A stretch of 64,000 bases of DNA. It comes from the human T2T-CHM13v2.0 reference genome, Homo sapiens. Where the stretch lies: assembly GCF_009914755.1 (NCBI RefSeq), contig NC_060944.1, one strand, 5' to 3'. A program made the position numbers and the translations under genes. Each line of letters opens with the position of its first letter. Position 1 is the first letter of the stretch. Positions 26,828 to 37,934 of this stretch are shown here, piece after piece. The notes under the pieces were generated by a model. That model was not told where the DNA came from, ran no database searches, and worked only from the letters and a program-made list of their open reading frames with translations.

Positions 26828-26868
26828 AAAGAAAGAAATGCAAATGATGCTCCACATTCGATTTTTCT

Positions 26869-27027
26869 AAGGCACTCATGGCTTCTTTATCACATTCAGA
26901 TAGTTTTTACTTGTTTTCAGCTCTTGGTTAGATTATTTAAGAGTCTTGAGTTGGTTTTTAAAGTCAAAAGAAACACTTTTTCCTTTCCCTACCTGTTCAT
27001 AAAATTGAAAGACCATAGCATTGGGAT
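26869..27027 (+). repeat. Copy 1 of a 159-bp dispersed direct duplication
   Basis: Ungapped match to 28066-28224, 11 mismatches by hand count. Confidence 0.95.
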
Positions 27028-28065
27028 TGAATTGAACCTCCACAAATATACAAGTGAATCTGGGAGGTTCAGTTGATTCCCCCCTACCCAAACAAGTCAT
27101 TTTGGCACCAATTATGGAAATTCAAATTCATTTTGACATTTATGGTAGCCTACATGTATGTCTTCTCTTCAAATTGTTCTTGAACTGGTTGTAACATCTT
27201 ACTGTTTCCTCATTAACGAGTTAAATAAAATCTTTGACGTGTGTCCATTTTCTATTTGTAGAAGAGTTATGAGTCTATCTTTTCTAAAAACTTTATCCTT
27301 AGCGCTTTCATAAACTGACTGTCTTTAAGCTTTTAGGAGCACAGCTGAATATTAGTCATACCTGACTTTCAACTGGACACAAAAAGTGAATTACTGTTTT
27401 GGAGTAAGGAATAGCAGGGGGCGGCTGTGGAACAGCAGGGCTGAACTGACCTCTCTATACCTCAGTCAAGAGTCTCAACTGTGTACATCTCCAACTAACC
27501 CAGGGAACCTAGCTATAATCTGCATGACATTTTTATCTCTGACATTCAGTTTGACTTTCAAGTATCACACAGTAGAAAAAAGAAACTCATGAATCCAAAA
27601 TGAAACTGAATAATATTTTTCCACTTGGCACTACACCATCTAGTCTAATGTGAAAAAAAAATCCACTTCAGTTTGCTACTGCCTGCTGATTAGCATGAGC
27701 TCAGCCGTCCTTCAAAAGTTCAGCCTCTCCTAAAAGCAGACACAGTCACTGCTGTGAGCCAAAGGGGGAGAGAAGAATCTCAATTCTTAAATTTTCCTGA
27801 GGGTTATTTTTTGGGAAAAATACATTTAATGCATGGATTTCACTTACTCTGAAAAGTTCCTTCATTCCTGTTTTAAAGGTAACATCTAAGAAGTGCCCAC
27901 AACTTCCAGTGAGCAAAACACCTGCCATCTTGAGATAGATGTTGCCAGAAAACAGAAAATGTTGCAAGAGGTTCGCTGTATCAGAATTAGAAACACATGC
28001 CACATGCTTTCTGCTACTGCCAAACTTGAAGCCACATCCTGACATTTCAGTTAAATGCTCTTTCC

Positions 28066-28224
28066 AAGGCACCTATGGCTTCTTTATCACATTCAGATAG
28101 TTTTTACTTGTTTTCAGCTCTTGGTTAGATTATTTAAGAGTCTTGAGTTGGATTTGAAAGTCAATAGAAATAGTTTTTCCTTTCCCTACCTGTTCATAAA
28201 ATTGAAGGACAAGAGCACTGGGAT
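28066..28224 (+). repeat. Copy 2 of a 159-bp dispersed direct duplication
   Basis: Ungapped match to 26869-27027 at offset 1197. Confidence 0.95.
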
Positions 28225-28771
28225 CAAATCTAGGCAAATATCTTAACAGACAATATCCAAAATGTAATTTTCAAAATGTTTAAAATTATATAATTCTCAA
28301 TTAAATTTATAATGAATAGAAATCAAAGTTTTATTAGACTTAATAATGAGTTAATGGTTTTTTTGAACCAACCAAGTTGGTTCAAACCAACTTGTAGGTT
28401 CAAACTTGTAGGATACAAAGACTGACAATTATATAGTCAATGAAAGAAAAGAATTCTGCAATAAATCACAAAGACGCAAAACTGTTATTGTTCTACTAGC
28501 AATACAACTATATCCTTTGAGGTTATCTTTTCTACCCAGGGAAATTTGTGTGTATCACCATCAGGCAAAAATAATCCCCACCATTTCTGGACAAAAATTA
28601 TTGCATAACATTGGTCAAAAATTATTTATACCTTATCAGTTTCCAGTAAAGCAATACCATAGAGTTGTAAATTGTCTGAGCCCTAATCAACAGTAAATCG
28701 TAAATCAAACAAACTTATATATCATGTCACCCTAGGGCAGGAGTCATCCAATTACAGCCTTGCTTAGACTC

Positions 28772-29385
28772 TGGGTCAAAACTAGCTCACCACCTGTTTT
28801 GTAAATAAAGTTTTATTGGAACCCAGCCTCACACATTTGTTTACATGTTTTAAATAGCTGCTTTTGCTGCAGAGTTGAATAGTTGTGGCAGAGACTGGAT
28901 GGCCCACACAGTCTAAAATACTATCTGGGCTCTTTACAGAAAACAAAATATAACAAAAATCTTGATGTGTTAGGACATTCTTGTTTTGCTATAAAGAAAT
29001 ACCTGAGACTGGGTAATTTACAAAGAAAATAGGTTTAATTGGCTCACAGTTTTGCAGGCTGTACAAGTATATCGACAGCCTCTGCTTGGCTTCTGGGGAG
29101 GACCTAGGGAGCTTTCACTCACAGTGGAAGGCAAAGTGGTAGCAGGCACATCATATGGCAAGAGCAGGAGCAAGGGGTAAGCGGGAGGTGCCACATACTT
29201 TTAAACAATCAGATCTTAAAAGAAGTCACTCACTATTGTGAGCAGAGCACCAAGCCATGAGTAATCTTCCCCCATGACCTGAGCACCTTCCCCCAGGCCT
29301 CACTTCCAACACTGGACAATACACATCAACATAAGATTTGGAAGGGGCACCCAAACTGTATCAGGTGCCAACTTTTGATCTGGGA
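28772..29385. mobile_element. MER58A hAT MITE, interrupted near its end by an MST LTR
   Basis: 'CCTGTTTTGTAAATAAAGTTTTATTGGAACCCAGCC...GAGTTGAATAGTTGTGGCAGAGAC'. Confidence 0.7.
28966..29363 (-). mobile_element. MSTA-like MaLR solo LTR
   Basis: 'TGTGTTAGG...GCTATAAAGAAATACCTGAGACTGGGTAATTTA...CCAAACTGTATCA'. Confidence 0.85.
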
Positions 29386-29417
29386 ACAGGGCATTGTCTA
29401 ACAATGGAAACAAAGTT

Positions 29418-29419
<2 letters not shown>

Positions 29420-29453
<34 letters not shown>
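29420..29453. repeat. Poly(T)34 homopolymer
   Basis: Uninterrupted T run with no recognisable Alu or L1 body attached. Confidence 0.9.
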
Positions 29454-29456
<3 letters not shown>

Positions 29457-30046
29457 TTACGTATAAGCTTTGGGTAATATTTTTTCTTAACAACAATATT
29501 AGTAAAAAAAAAAAAAGCATGAGATTAAAATCAGAAAAATGTCTTCAGGGAGAAGGCACATCTGAAATAATTTAAATCCCATGAATATATGACTGAAAAT
29601 TTGTGCATTGCAGCCACATGTTACAATGAAACTAGCTTAACAGCGCTAGAGATCCTCAGACTCTCCTTCAGTATCAATTGAAAGAGAAACACTAAATTCT
29701 TCATTTGTAGGTTAATGTTTAGAAATGGTATTGGAGCAAGAGTTTTAAAATACCAGTCTAGACTAATCTTGTCCATGTTACCTCTTCAGAGGTTATGTAT
29801 TTCCCGCAGTCACTAGACATGACCAATGTGAATTATAGACATTTGGGGGATTTTGTAGACTCCTTAGCCCCCATCTGAAAAGCAGAGGTAGGCAAAATGT
29901 CATATTAAGCCCAATTCACAGGAGTAAATTTATTATTATTATTATTGCATTGAGACAGGGTCTTGCTGTGTTGCCCACACTGGCCTCAGACACCTGTGCT
30001 CAAGGCTGTCCTCCTGCCTCAGCCTTCTAAGGAACTGCGACTATAA

Positions 30047-31598
30047 TGATAGCAGCAGCAGCCTATCTGGAGCCACTGCTGCAAAGATGCCTGCTGCAGC
30101 GAGGGAGGTGCAGCCAGGGCTGCATGCTCCACAGAGCCAGCAGGAGTTGGGAACAGGCAGGAGCCCCATCCCCTTCCAAGCTGGTGGGGTGGGAACCCCA
30201 CACTCCTGGGCATTGCTGCAGCCACCCAACTATGGCTGCAGACATGGGCATCCCTGTGCTCTGGAGGGGGGGTGGACCTGCGAAGCCCCCCTGCCCCTGC
30301 AGGCTTGAAAGTGCCCGATCCTATTGCCTGGCCTCCTTCTCCTGGCTCCCAGCACCTGCTTCTATTTCAGAGCAAAGTTGTGGCTGAGACTGGTCACTGT
30401 CTCAACTTGGCCAGGTCTGTGTGTTCTTGGGGTGGCACTGACATGCCAGCCCCCTGCCGCTTCAGTCCCCTCTGGACTTTGAGTACCAGTGAGCACAGGA
30501 GAGAGTGAGGGGGAATTGTGGGCAGCTTGGCATGGGCCTGCAGGCACCCCTCTGCATGAACAGCCTGGGTGCTGTGGGTGCCATAGATGGTAGGTTGATG
30601 GTGGTAGGAGGCAGAGAGCCTCCTGGGTGGAAAGGGGCAGGACCCCAGTGAAGTCCTGCCTTCAAGCCAGGGATAGCCTGAAGACTAGGGGCGGGGCTGC
30701 CAGTTTCTCCGACCAGAGTGAGAACTTATGGTGCTTTCTCCGGGCCTGCCCATCACCTCCCATGGACCAATCAGCATGCATTTCCTCCCTTCTGAAGCAC
30801 ATAAAAACCCCAGACACAGCCAGACTTGGGTAGATATCCAGATGACCTGGAGGCAGATAGGAGCTACCCACTCTGAGTCTCCTCTCTGCTGAGAGCTGCA
30901 CACTTGTCAGGACTACCTGCCTGCAGAAAGGAGCGGCCCACTTAGGGTCTCCTGAGCACTGTACTGTTACACAGTAAAGCACCCCTTGCTCACCCTCCGT
31001 TTGTCCTCGTATCTCATTCTTCCTGGATGTGGGACAAGAACTTGAGACCCACTGAATGGTGGGGCTGGAGGAGCTGTAACACAAACAGAGCTGAAACACA
31101 CCCCCACTGCTCACCACATCATGGCAAGGAGAAAGAGAGGAGAGAAGAGCTGCTGCCCTTCTGGAAGCCCAGACTAAGAGCTCCCAGAACCAGGGCTATG
31201 ACACCCAATTTAGGGCTCTGCCATTCCTGGTGTCTCCAAGATTCTGGGCACCAACAGGTTCCCCAGTGCCTGCAGTGGAAGCCACTTGTGGTATGCCTAG
31301 TTCAGCCACAGCAGGGAGCCAGCACCCATGCCAATGCCTGGAGCTGCCTGCCCCACCACAGCCTGGCTGTGCACAGTGGCTGGACCCCAGGCTCACTCAT
31401 TCATGCACCCCCTCACTGGTCCATGCCTGGCTTGCCCTTGGCAGGTGTGGGATCCAGGCTAGGAGCAAAAGCCGAATGCAGCCTGCCAGGCCAAGTGGGT
31501 GGAACAAGTCCAGTGGGCCCAAGCAAAACTCAGGCAAAGGTGCCATTGGCCACAGATGTTCCCAGCTGGTGAAGTGACACTCCAAGGATCCTGAGACA
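30047..31598 (+). mobile_element. MER52 (ERV1) solo LTR, ~1.55 kb
   Basis: TG...CA termini; start 'TGATAGCAGCAGC...TCTGGAGCCACTGCTGC', end 'GAAGTGACACTCCAAGGATCCTGAGACA'; (A)TAA flanking duplication; explains the cluster of GC-rich ORFs. Confidence 0.85.
30688..30807 (+). promoter_or_regulatory. LTR core promoter motifs: GC box, CCAAT box, TATA-like element
   Basis: GGGGCGGGGC at 30688-97, GGACCAATCAGC (CCAAT at 30767-71), CATAAAAA at 30800-07. Confidence 0.5.
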
Positions 31599-32479
31599 TA
31601 AGAACATACCACTGCACCTGGAAGAAAGAAGCAAATTCTGACAAAGTTTTATCTAGGTTATACACAGGGCTGAGATTCAGCAAGTATTCACATCTTGTTA
31701 AAATATGTAATACTTAAGCACCATTTGGTAACTAGCCATGGCTCTGAGCCACTCATATAATCCTCAGGTTATCCCAGTAATCCCAGCCTCTCCCTCTAGA
31801 ACCCCCAAGATCAGTCACCTACTAAAGGGTTAATTCTGGCATAGAGCAGAAAGTCGGTATGTAGTCAAGGGTTCACATGGTGATTGGTTGTTGCCCACAC
31901 TGTGTTGTACACTAAATATTTTTACATTTTTACCCCTGGCTTTACAGTCCCCACATTCCCAAATTGTTCACAGTTCCTTTCCAGTTAAGTTCCTCCTGGC
32001 ACCCACCAGCCACATCACAAAATCAATGCAAATCTCTTTAAAAACAGCAGCAGCAAAATAGAAGGAAAGCCAGGAAGAACAAGCATAGAATGGGAACCAA
32101 TCTTAATTCTACATCTAATGCTACCCAAATGAGGAAAGATTATGCAAACAATTCTAACAAAAAGTGTTAGATTTTTTTTTTAATTCCTAAATATTGAAGA
32201 ATTGTACAGCCTAACATAGATGAAAGAACTGAGGCATTTACACACCAACTGGAAGAGGGGGCTCCCTGTAAGGAAAACTCATAAGAAAAGCCCTTAATGA
32301 AAGAACTAAGAAAATAGAAAAACAACAGAAGAAAGCTTTGGAAAAAAACTTCTGATTTTAGACTTCTGCTTAACCTAACCTGGGTGCCCAGAATAACTTG
32401 TCCATTCTGACTTTATCTTTATCTGACTTTGCTTTTATCCAGCTCTCCCCGTCGTTGAATGCTGTATTTGCACACATTG

Positions 32480-32890
32480 AAGTTCAGATGCTATTGGTGC
32501 CCCACCTTGTGTCCCCTGACTCCTCTTCAATGCACATCAGTCAAACTTTCAACAGCCAGCCCTCGCATTTCCTTCCCTAAGGGCTTTCACTGTCCCCTGG
32601 ATCCCCCTCTGCCATTTGTTGTATAAATGTCTCAGTTTCTTTAACCCTCAGGTAGAATATTCTACACCAGCTTTCAGAGTATTCCCAGCAGAAATGAGCT
32701 CCAGCCATTCCTAACAGCAGCTGACTTGACAAGGTACATATCATTGGCTCCTTTCCCTTTCCCTGTCTCATGTAACCCTCAATTCCAGTTGCCTTTATCT
32801 TCTAAATAAGCCCAAAATGTTCACCTCCTAAATTACATTCAAGTCTTTGTGTCAGAATCTGTTCTCTGGCAGAATCCAAAATAAAACACA
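32480..32890 (+). mobile_element. LTR33-like ERVL LTR remnant
   Basis: 'CCCTCAGGTAGAATATTCT...CAGAGTATTCCCAGCAG...GTCTTTGTGTCAGAATCTG'. Confidence 0.5.
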
Positions 32891-33264
32891 GTAAGAGGTC
32901 AAGAAACAGTCATTCACTCATTCAAGACAAAAGGTATCTCTACTTTTTGGAACTTATTGAGGTTTCCTTTGTACCCTATTTTATATGTGTTGGTGGGCAC
33001 TTGGAAAGAATGCATATGCTCTAATAAACATATATATATACACACACACATATGTGTGTGTATATTTATGTGTGTATGTATATATATATAATCAATTTTA
33101 CTTTAAAATTATGTTATTTAGACCTTTCATATCATTTCTTATTTTTCATCCAAACTATTATAGAATAAAATAGAATAATAAAATATTTTAGAATAAAAGA
33201 GTTGATTTGAAGTCCTCTATTATTCTATAGTTTCTGTCTTATGATTTTTTGTTGCCATGTTATT

Positions 33265-33500
33265 TGATTGCTCTGTTGCCCAGGCTGGAGTGTAATGGCT
33301 CAATCTTGGCTCGCTGCCACCTCCGTCTCCCGGGTTCAAGCTATTCTCCCTGCCTCAGCCATCTGAGTAGCTGGGATTACAGGTGCCCGCCACTAGGCCC
33401 AGCTAATTTTTGTGTTTTTAGTAGAGACAGGGTTTCGCCATTTGGCCAGGCTGGTCTCGAACTCCTGACCTCAGGTGATCCACCAGCCTTGGCCTCCCAA
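33265..33500 (-). mobile_element. Partial Alu (AluS)
   Basis: 'TTGCTCTGTTGCCCAGGCTGGAG...CTCAGGTGATCCACCAGCCTTGGCCTCCCAAA'. Confidence 0.9.
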
Positions 33501-34735
33501 AAAACTGATATATTTTTATATGCTTTACACATTTCAAAATTATGAAGTACCTACAGCTTTTAGGACTGAATTACATCTTTTCAGATATTATGACCATGAT
33601 TCCTGGGTTTTCAAAAATTTGCCATTCCTAATACAGTTTTGCTCATCCTTCAATTTTTGACCATCCTAAATCACTTTTCTAACACGTGTCCTTCATATAT
33701 GGCATAGGGTTTATAATCGCTTAAATTCCAACCTAATTTAAACTTATTCTCCTTTAAAATGTAAGTTAAATCCATTTATATTTATTGAGCTGACATGTGT
33801 TTGGTCTCTGTTCTGTCATATTATTTCACATTTTCTGTTTTTATATATTAAAGTCTTTAATATTTTAAAGACTTCATGCAGTCTATTTTCTTTGGTTTGC
33901 TTTCTGTGTATAGTTCTAAGATTTGATGAGGTCTGTAGTTCTGTTATGATGATTATTTTTATTAATGCATATCGTCAGCATACAATAGTTCCCTGTTACA
34001 AGAAATAAAAAATAGCGTTCTCTCCTTCTTCCCCATTCCCTTCCTCTCCTCCCCACCACCCAATTTAAATCAATAACGTTATCTTTCTTATCGTTACCTT
34101 TGTATTATTAAAAATGTGTGTATGCCTATCACTTCATTAGTCAGCTTTTAATGACGTCATTTAAATCAGCAGACTTATTTTAACTCCTACTTTCTTCACT
34201 CCGATTTGTAGTATTGTAAAATTTCTATATTGTCCATAGTCACTTCAAGATGGCTCTATCACCTTTAGCCAGTGTATTCTTACAGTGCTTTCTGAAATCT
34301 GTTTTTTCTGGGTTCTTTCACTAACCTTTTGCCTTTATCCTTCCTTTTCTCTTTTACTTTTTTCAGCTGCTCTTCCTGTCTGTTGCTTTTATATTTTACA
34401 GTCTGTGAATCATATTTGTCTCCTACTTTTTACTAAAGATGGCATCTCTGAAGTGTGTTTCTTCATTCTCCTTGAAGATTTTGTATAGATTTCAGGAGGA
34501 GAAAAAGAAAGAGACTTACTTACACAGAGTCATACTGGAAGTTCCTGTATGTGTTTGTTGCTGTTGTGTTTGTTTTGTTTTGTGATCATGTAGCGTTTCT
34601 CATGCCCATTAAAGGATCAAACCTCACAAAACTACAAAAGCAGTGACTCTGGTCACAGGTATTATAGGTATTTTAACAAAACAATTAAGAAATCATTTGA
34701 GGAGTAACCTTTCAGCACTTCTCAAGGTATAGAAG

Positions 34736-35080
34736 TGCTGTGATTTGAATGTTTGTCCCCTGCAAAAGTAAGGTTGAAATTTAATTGTAATGGTATTAAG
34801 GGTGGGACCTTTAAAAGGCGCTTAGGCCATGAGGATCTGCTTTCATAGGTGGGATTACTGTTGACATAAAAGGGCAAGTTCGGCCCTCTTGATCTCTTTG
34901 CCCTTCTACCATATGATGACTTTTGCCATGTTTTAACACTGAAAGAAGGTCCTCACCAGATGCTGGAATCTTCATGTTGGGCTTCTCAGCCTCTGGAAGT
35001 GTGAGCCAATAAATGTATGTTTATTATAAATTACCCAATCTGCAGTAATCTGTTAAAGCAGCATGAAACAGACTAAAACA
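34736..35080 (+). mobile_element. MST-family MaLR solo LTR (MSTB/MSTD-like)
   Basis: TG...CA termini, 'TTTGAATGTTTGTCCCC', AATAAA; perfect 5-bp TSD AGAAG (34731-35, 35081-85). Confidence 0.85.
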
Positions 35081-36606
35081 AGAAGCAAATGGCTTTTTAG
35101 CAATACAATTATCTAGGCCAACTTCTAACCGTTCCTCACCTGGTAATAACCATTTTCCTTTCATTTCTGTTTTACAAGTCTAATTTTACAGAATTATAAA
35201 TCATTAGCAATAAGAGTGATGCTGTAGTGCATATTCTCAAAGAAATTTAAGCCGTTGATAATTTTTTCTTGGAAGGTAAATGTCTTGTGCTTATTCTTAA
35301 TTATTCAAGTGATTTAAAAATGTGGACATAATCATAACTGTCAAGGTAAAGATTATAGTGAACATATCCACTTGGAGTACTTCAGGAGAGTTAAATAAGA
35401 TTGGAAAGTATTGTTCACCTATAAAGTTAGAGAACTGGGCAGAAAGAAAAACCTATTGATTACGTTACTTTTGCTCATTGTTTAATTCCTGACCCTTCTT
35501 GAAATAGCTGCCCAACCCCTACGAAACTGTCATACCTCTCTGATGGCAGTTGACTAGTAATAAAATTCAGGTCACCATCTATTACAGGCCAGAGAGTCTG
35601 ACTTTCAGCATAGTCTTAGTGACCAAATTTGCCAAATGCTATAGAATATTCCAAAAACAAAAGGTTTCATTCCTTGGTATAGATAGTGTCCATCTATAAG
35701 ATAAAGAAAATTAGATCTAACTCATACAATTGGTGTGAAGATCAAATAAGAAAATGTGGATAAAGTACATGAGCCATAAGTAATCAATAAGTGTCAGTGG
35801 CCCTCCTGTGTGCTTCTCAGCTCTTCCTCCCCTCCGCCATTTCTTACTACTATAACCTGGATTTCCCTTGGCAATAGTCCTTTTGGACTTCCCAAAACTA
35901 GGAAACTTTTTGCTGAAAGCAGATTATTCTTTGTTTAGTGGAGTATAATGTAGTCCTCTAGTGATCAGAAATGGAGTAACCATTTTTTTCCTCCTAAATA
36001 CTATTTGGCTTATTAATGACTTGCTCCTATTATGGCATTTCTCACATTGTTTTATAGGGTTTTTTTTTTTTTTGCACATATTTCTTTCATCTTGATTTCA
36101 AAATATAGAAAGGCAAAGACTCTACATTTTCTTCTTCAAATCTATGACACAGTATTAGTGATCTATTGCCGCATAACAAATTACTCTGAAATTCATCAGC
36201 TTAAAACAACACACATTTATTTTCTCAGAGTTTCTCAGAAGCAGCTTAGCTGCATAGTTTTGGCTCAGGGTGTCTCACGAGATTGCAGTCAAGCTGTTTG
36301 CTGGGGCGACTGTCATCATTTTTCATATTCTTGGCTGTGTCATATAATGTTCAACAGAGTCTCTTTCTCTCTCTCTCTCTCTCTAGTTCTCATTTAGATT
36401 CTATATGAGACAGAAATTCCAGAGCCAATTTACTTTTGAAAAACCCCTCAAATTACCCCTAAAACACAGTCTATATCCCTTTCAAGATGTTGAACACAGT
36501 GAAAGGTCTGGTTAAAAGCTGGGGAGAATAGTGGGCTTAGAATCAGAGGACATGTTCTATGAAAAATTACATAATTTTAAATACAAGAATTATATTTAAC
36601 TTAGCT

Positions 36607-36623
36607 ACACAGACACACAGACA

Positions 36624-36662
<39 letters not shown>
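36607..36662. repeat. (CA)n microsatellite
   Basis: Compound CA repeat; a shorter (CA)n lies at 37189-37209. Confidence 0.95.
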
Positions 36663-36664
<2 letters not shown>

Positions 36665-37934
36665 GAGGCATTCAGAGACTGAGGAGGCTGAGGGTACAAA
36701 GTTTCCTATCTCACCTTGACCACAGGACTCACTCTCAATTAGTGGATTAGCAGTTGCAATTTAAAATTTAAAAAGTTGTTTATTTATTTATTTTTGCCAA
36801 GTTGAACCTGCATACATGAAATACATTCATGATTTAACCCTGACATATTAATATTAAAAGGTAAAGAAGTTTTCAGATTCATCTTTAAGTGTTCTCTCAG
36901 ATTTGATCTTATGCTTTCTCTGTCCAGCATTTCTGAGCTTTGCTCTGCTTGCTGATTGATGCTAACAAAGCAGGCCTCAGAATTGTTCTAGTATTAGAGC
37001 CACTGGAAGCCAAAGTGCTTCTTGCAGAATATAGTATTGTTATGTTGTATTCCAATCACACAGATAATACTTTAACACAAAATTATATTTGGTTATTTTA
37101 AGTTTATATTGATTAGGGTCATTACATTTAATTAAATTTACACAGCATGAAAGGCAATAGTGTCATGATCGCAAGTGTAAAAATCCAAACACACACACAC
37201 ACACACACATTTGATTCATAGGTTTTTGAATCAAACCTATCCCTTAATATTGGTTTGTTGTATGATCATTCTTCTAGCTACCGGCTAGTCCTCTCTGGCA
37301 GATAATCAATGGCACCTGTCAAAAGTTTAAGATGCATAATATTTTTTAAAAGTATTGTAGAAAAACAAGTTTAAGAAAAATTTCCTTGAGTTATTTTTCC
37401 CCAAACTGGAATACAGTTACATTTTAGCCAAAGCCCTTGCGTTCGCTTATAGAAGATAAACCTTCTGTTGCAACCAAGGAGACAATTCCAATCTATCTCA
37501 TGAGCTGCATGGAAATCTGAAGGTCAAAAAACTCTGAATGTCTTTCTTCTGTTATCCTTGTTAAAAAATAATATATCCCATCTGGAAATTTGGAGCTTGA
37601 GTCCTCTGTGGTAAGTGCTTCCTTTGTTGTTATGTAATCTTTATTTTCTAAATTCTTTACCACTAGTTGTGTAAAGTTGGTCCTGATGTAGGTACAGACA
37701 TAAACACGCCTCGGTTAAGAGTAAAGGTTTTGAATAAGCTGGCTTCTCTGACCAGAATATTGCTAGAATGTAAGCACTGTGAGTACACAGGCCTCCATAT
37801 ATTTTGCTCACTGCTGTTTCCCTCGAGAAGTCCCTGGCATTTGGTGAAGGCTTGATCAATATTTGTTGAGTGTTTTTATGGTTGAAATCATTGTTTATGT
37901 TCCATTAGCTTTCACCATTTTTTTTTCATACCTC

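Larger units (their letters stand above)
29930..31621 (-). mobile_element. FLAM (Alu left monomer) split by the MER52 LTR
   Basis: 'GAGACAGGGTCTTGCTGTGTTGCCC...CCTGCCTCAGCC...GACTATAA' resumes at ~31599 with 'GAACATACCACTGCACCTGG'. Confidence 0.75.

Noticed and set aside
28055-28246. Reading frame open in both copies of the 159-bp duplication
   Set aside because: Most differences between the copies are non-synonymous and copy 1 has no in-frame ATG, so there is no sign of coding constraint.
30019-31683. Dense cluster of overlapping ORFs up to 181 aa
   Set aside because: All lie in the GC-rich MER52 LTR, where stop codons are scarce; no gag/pol/env similarity.
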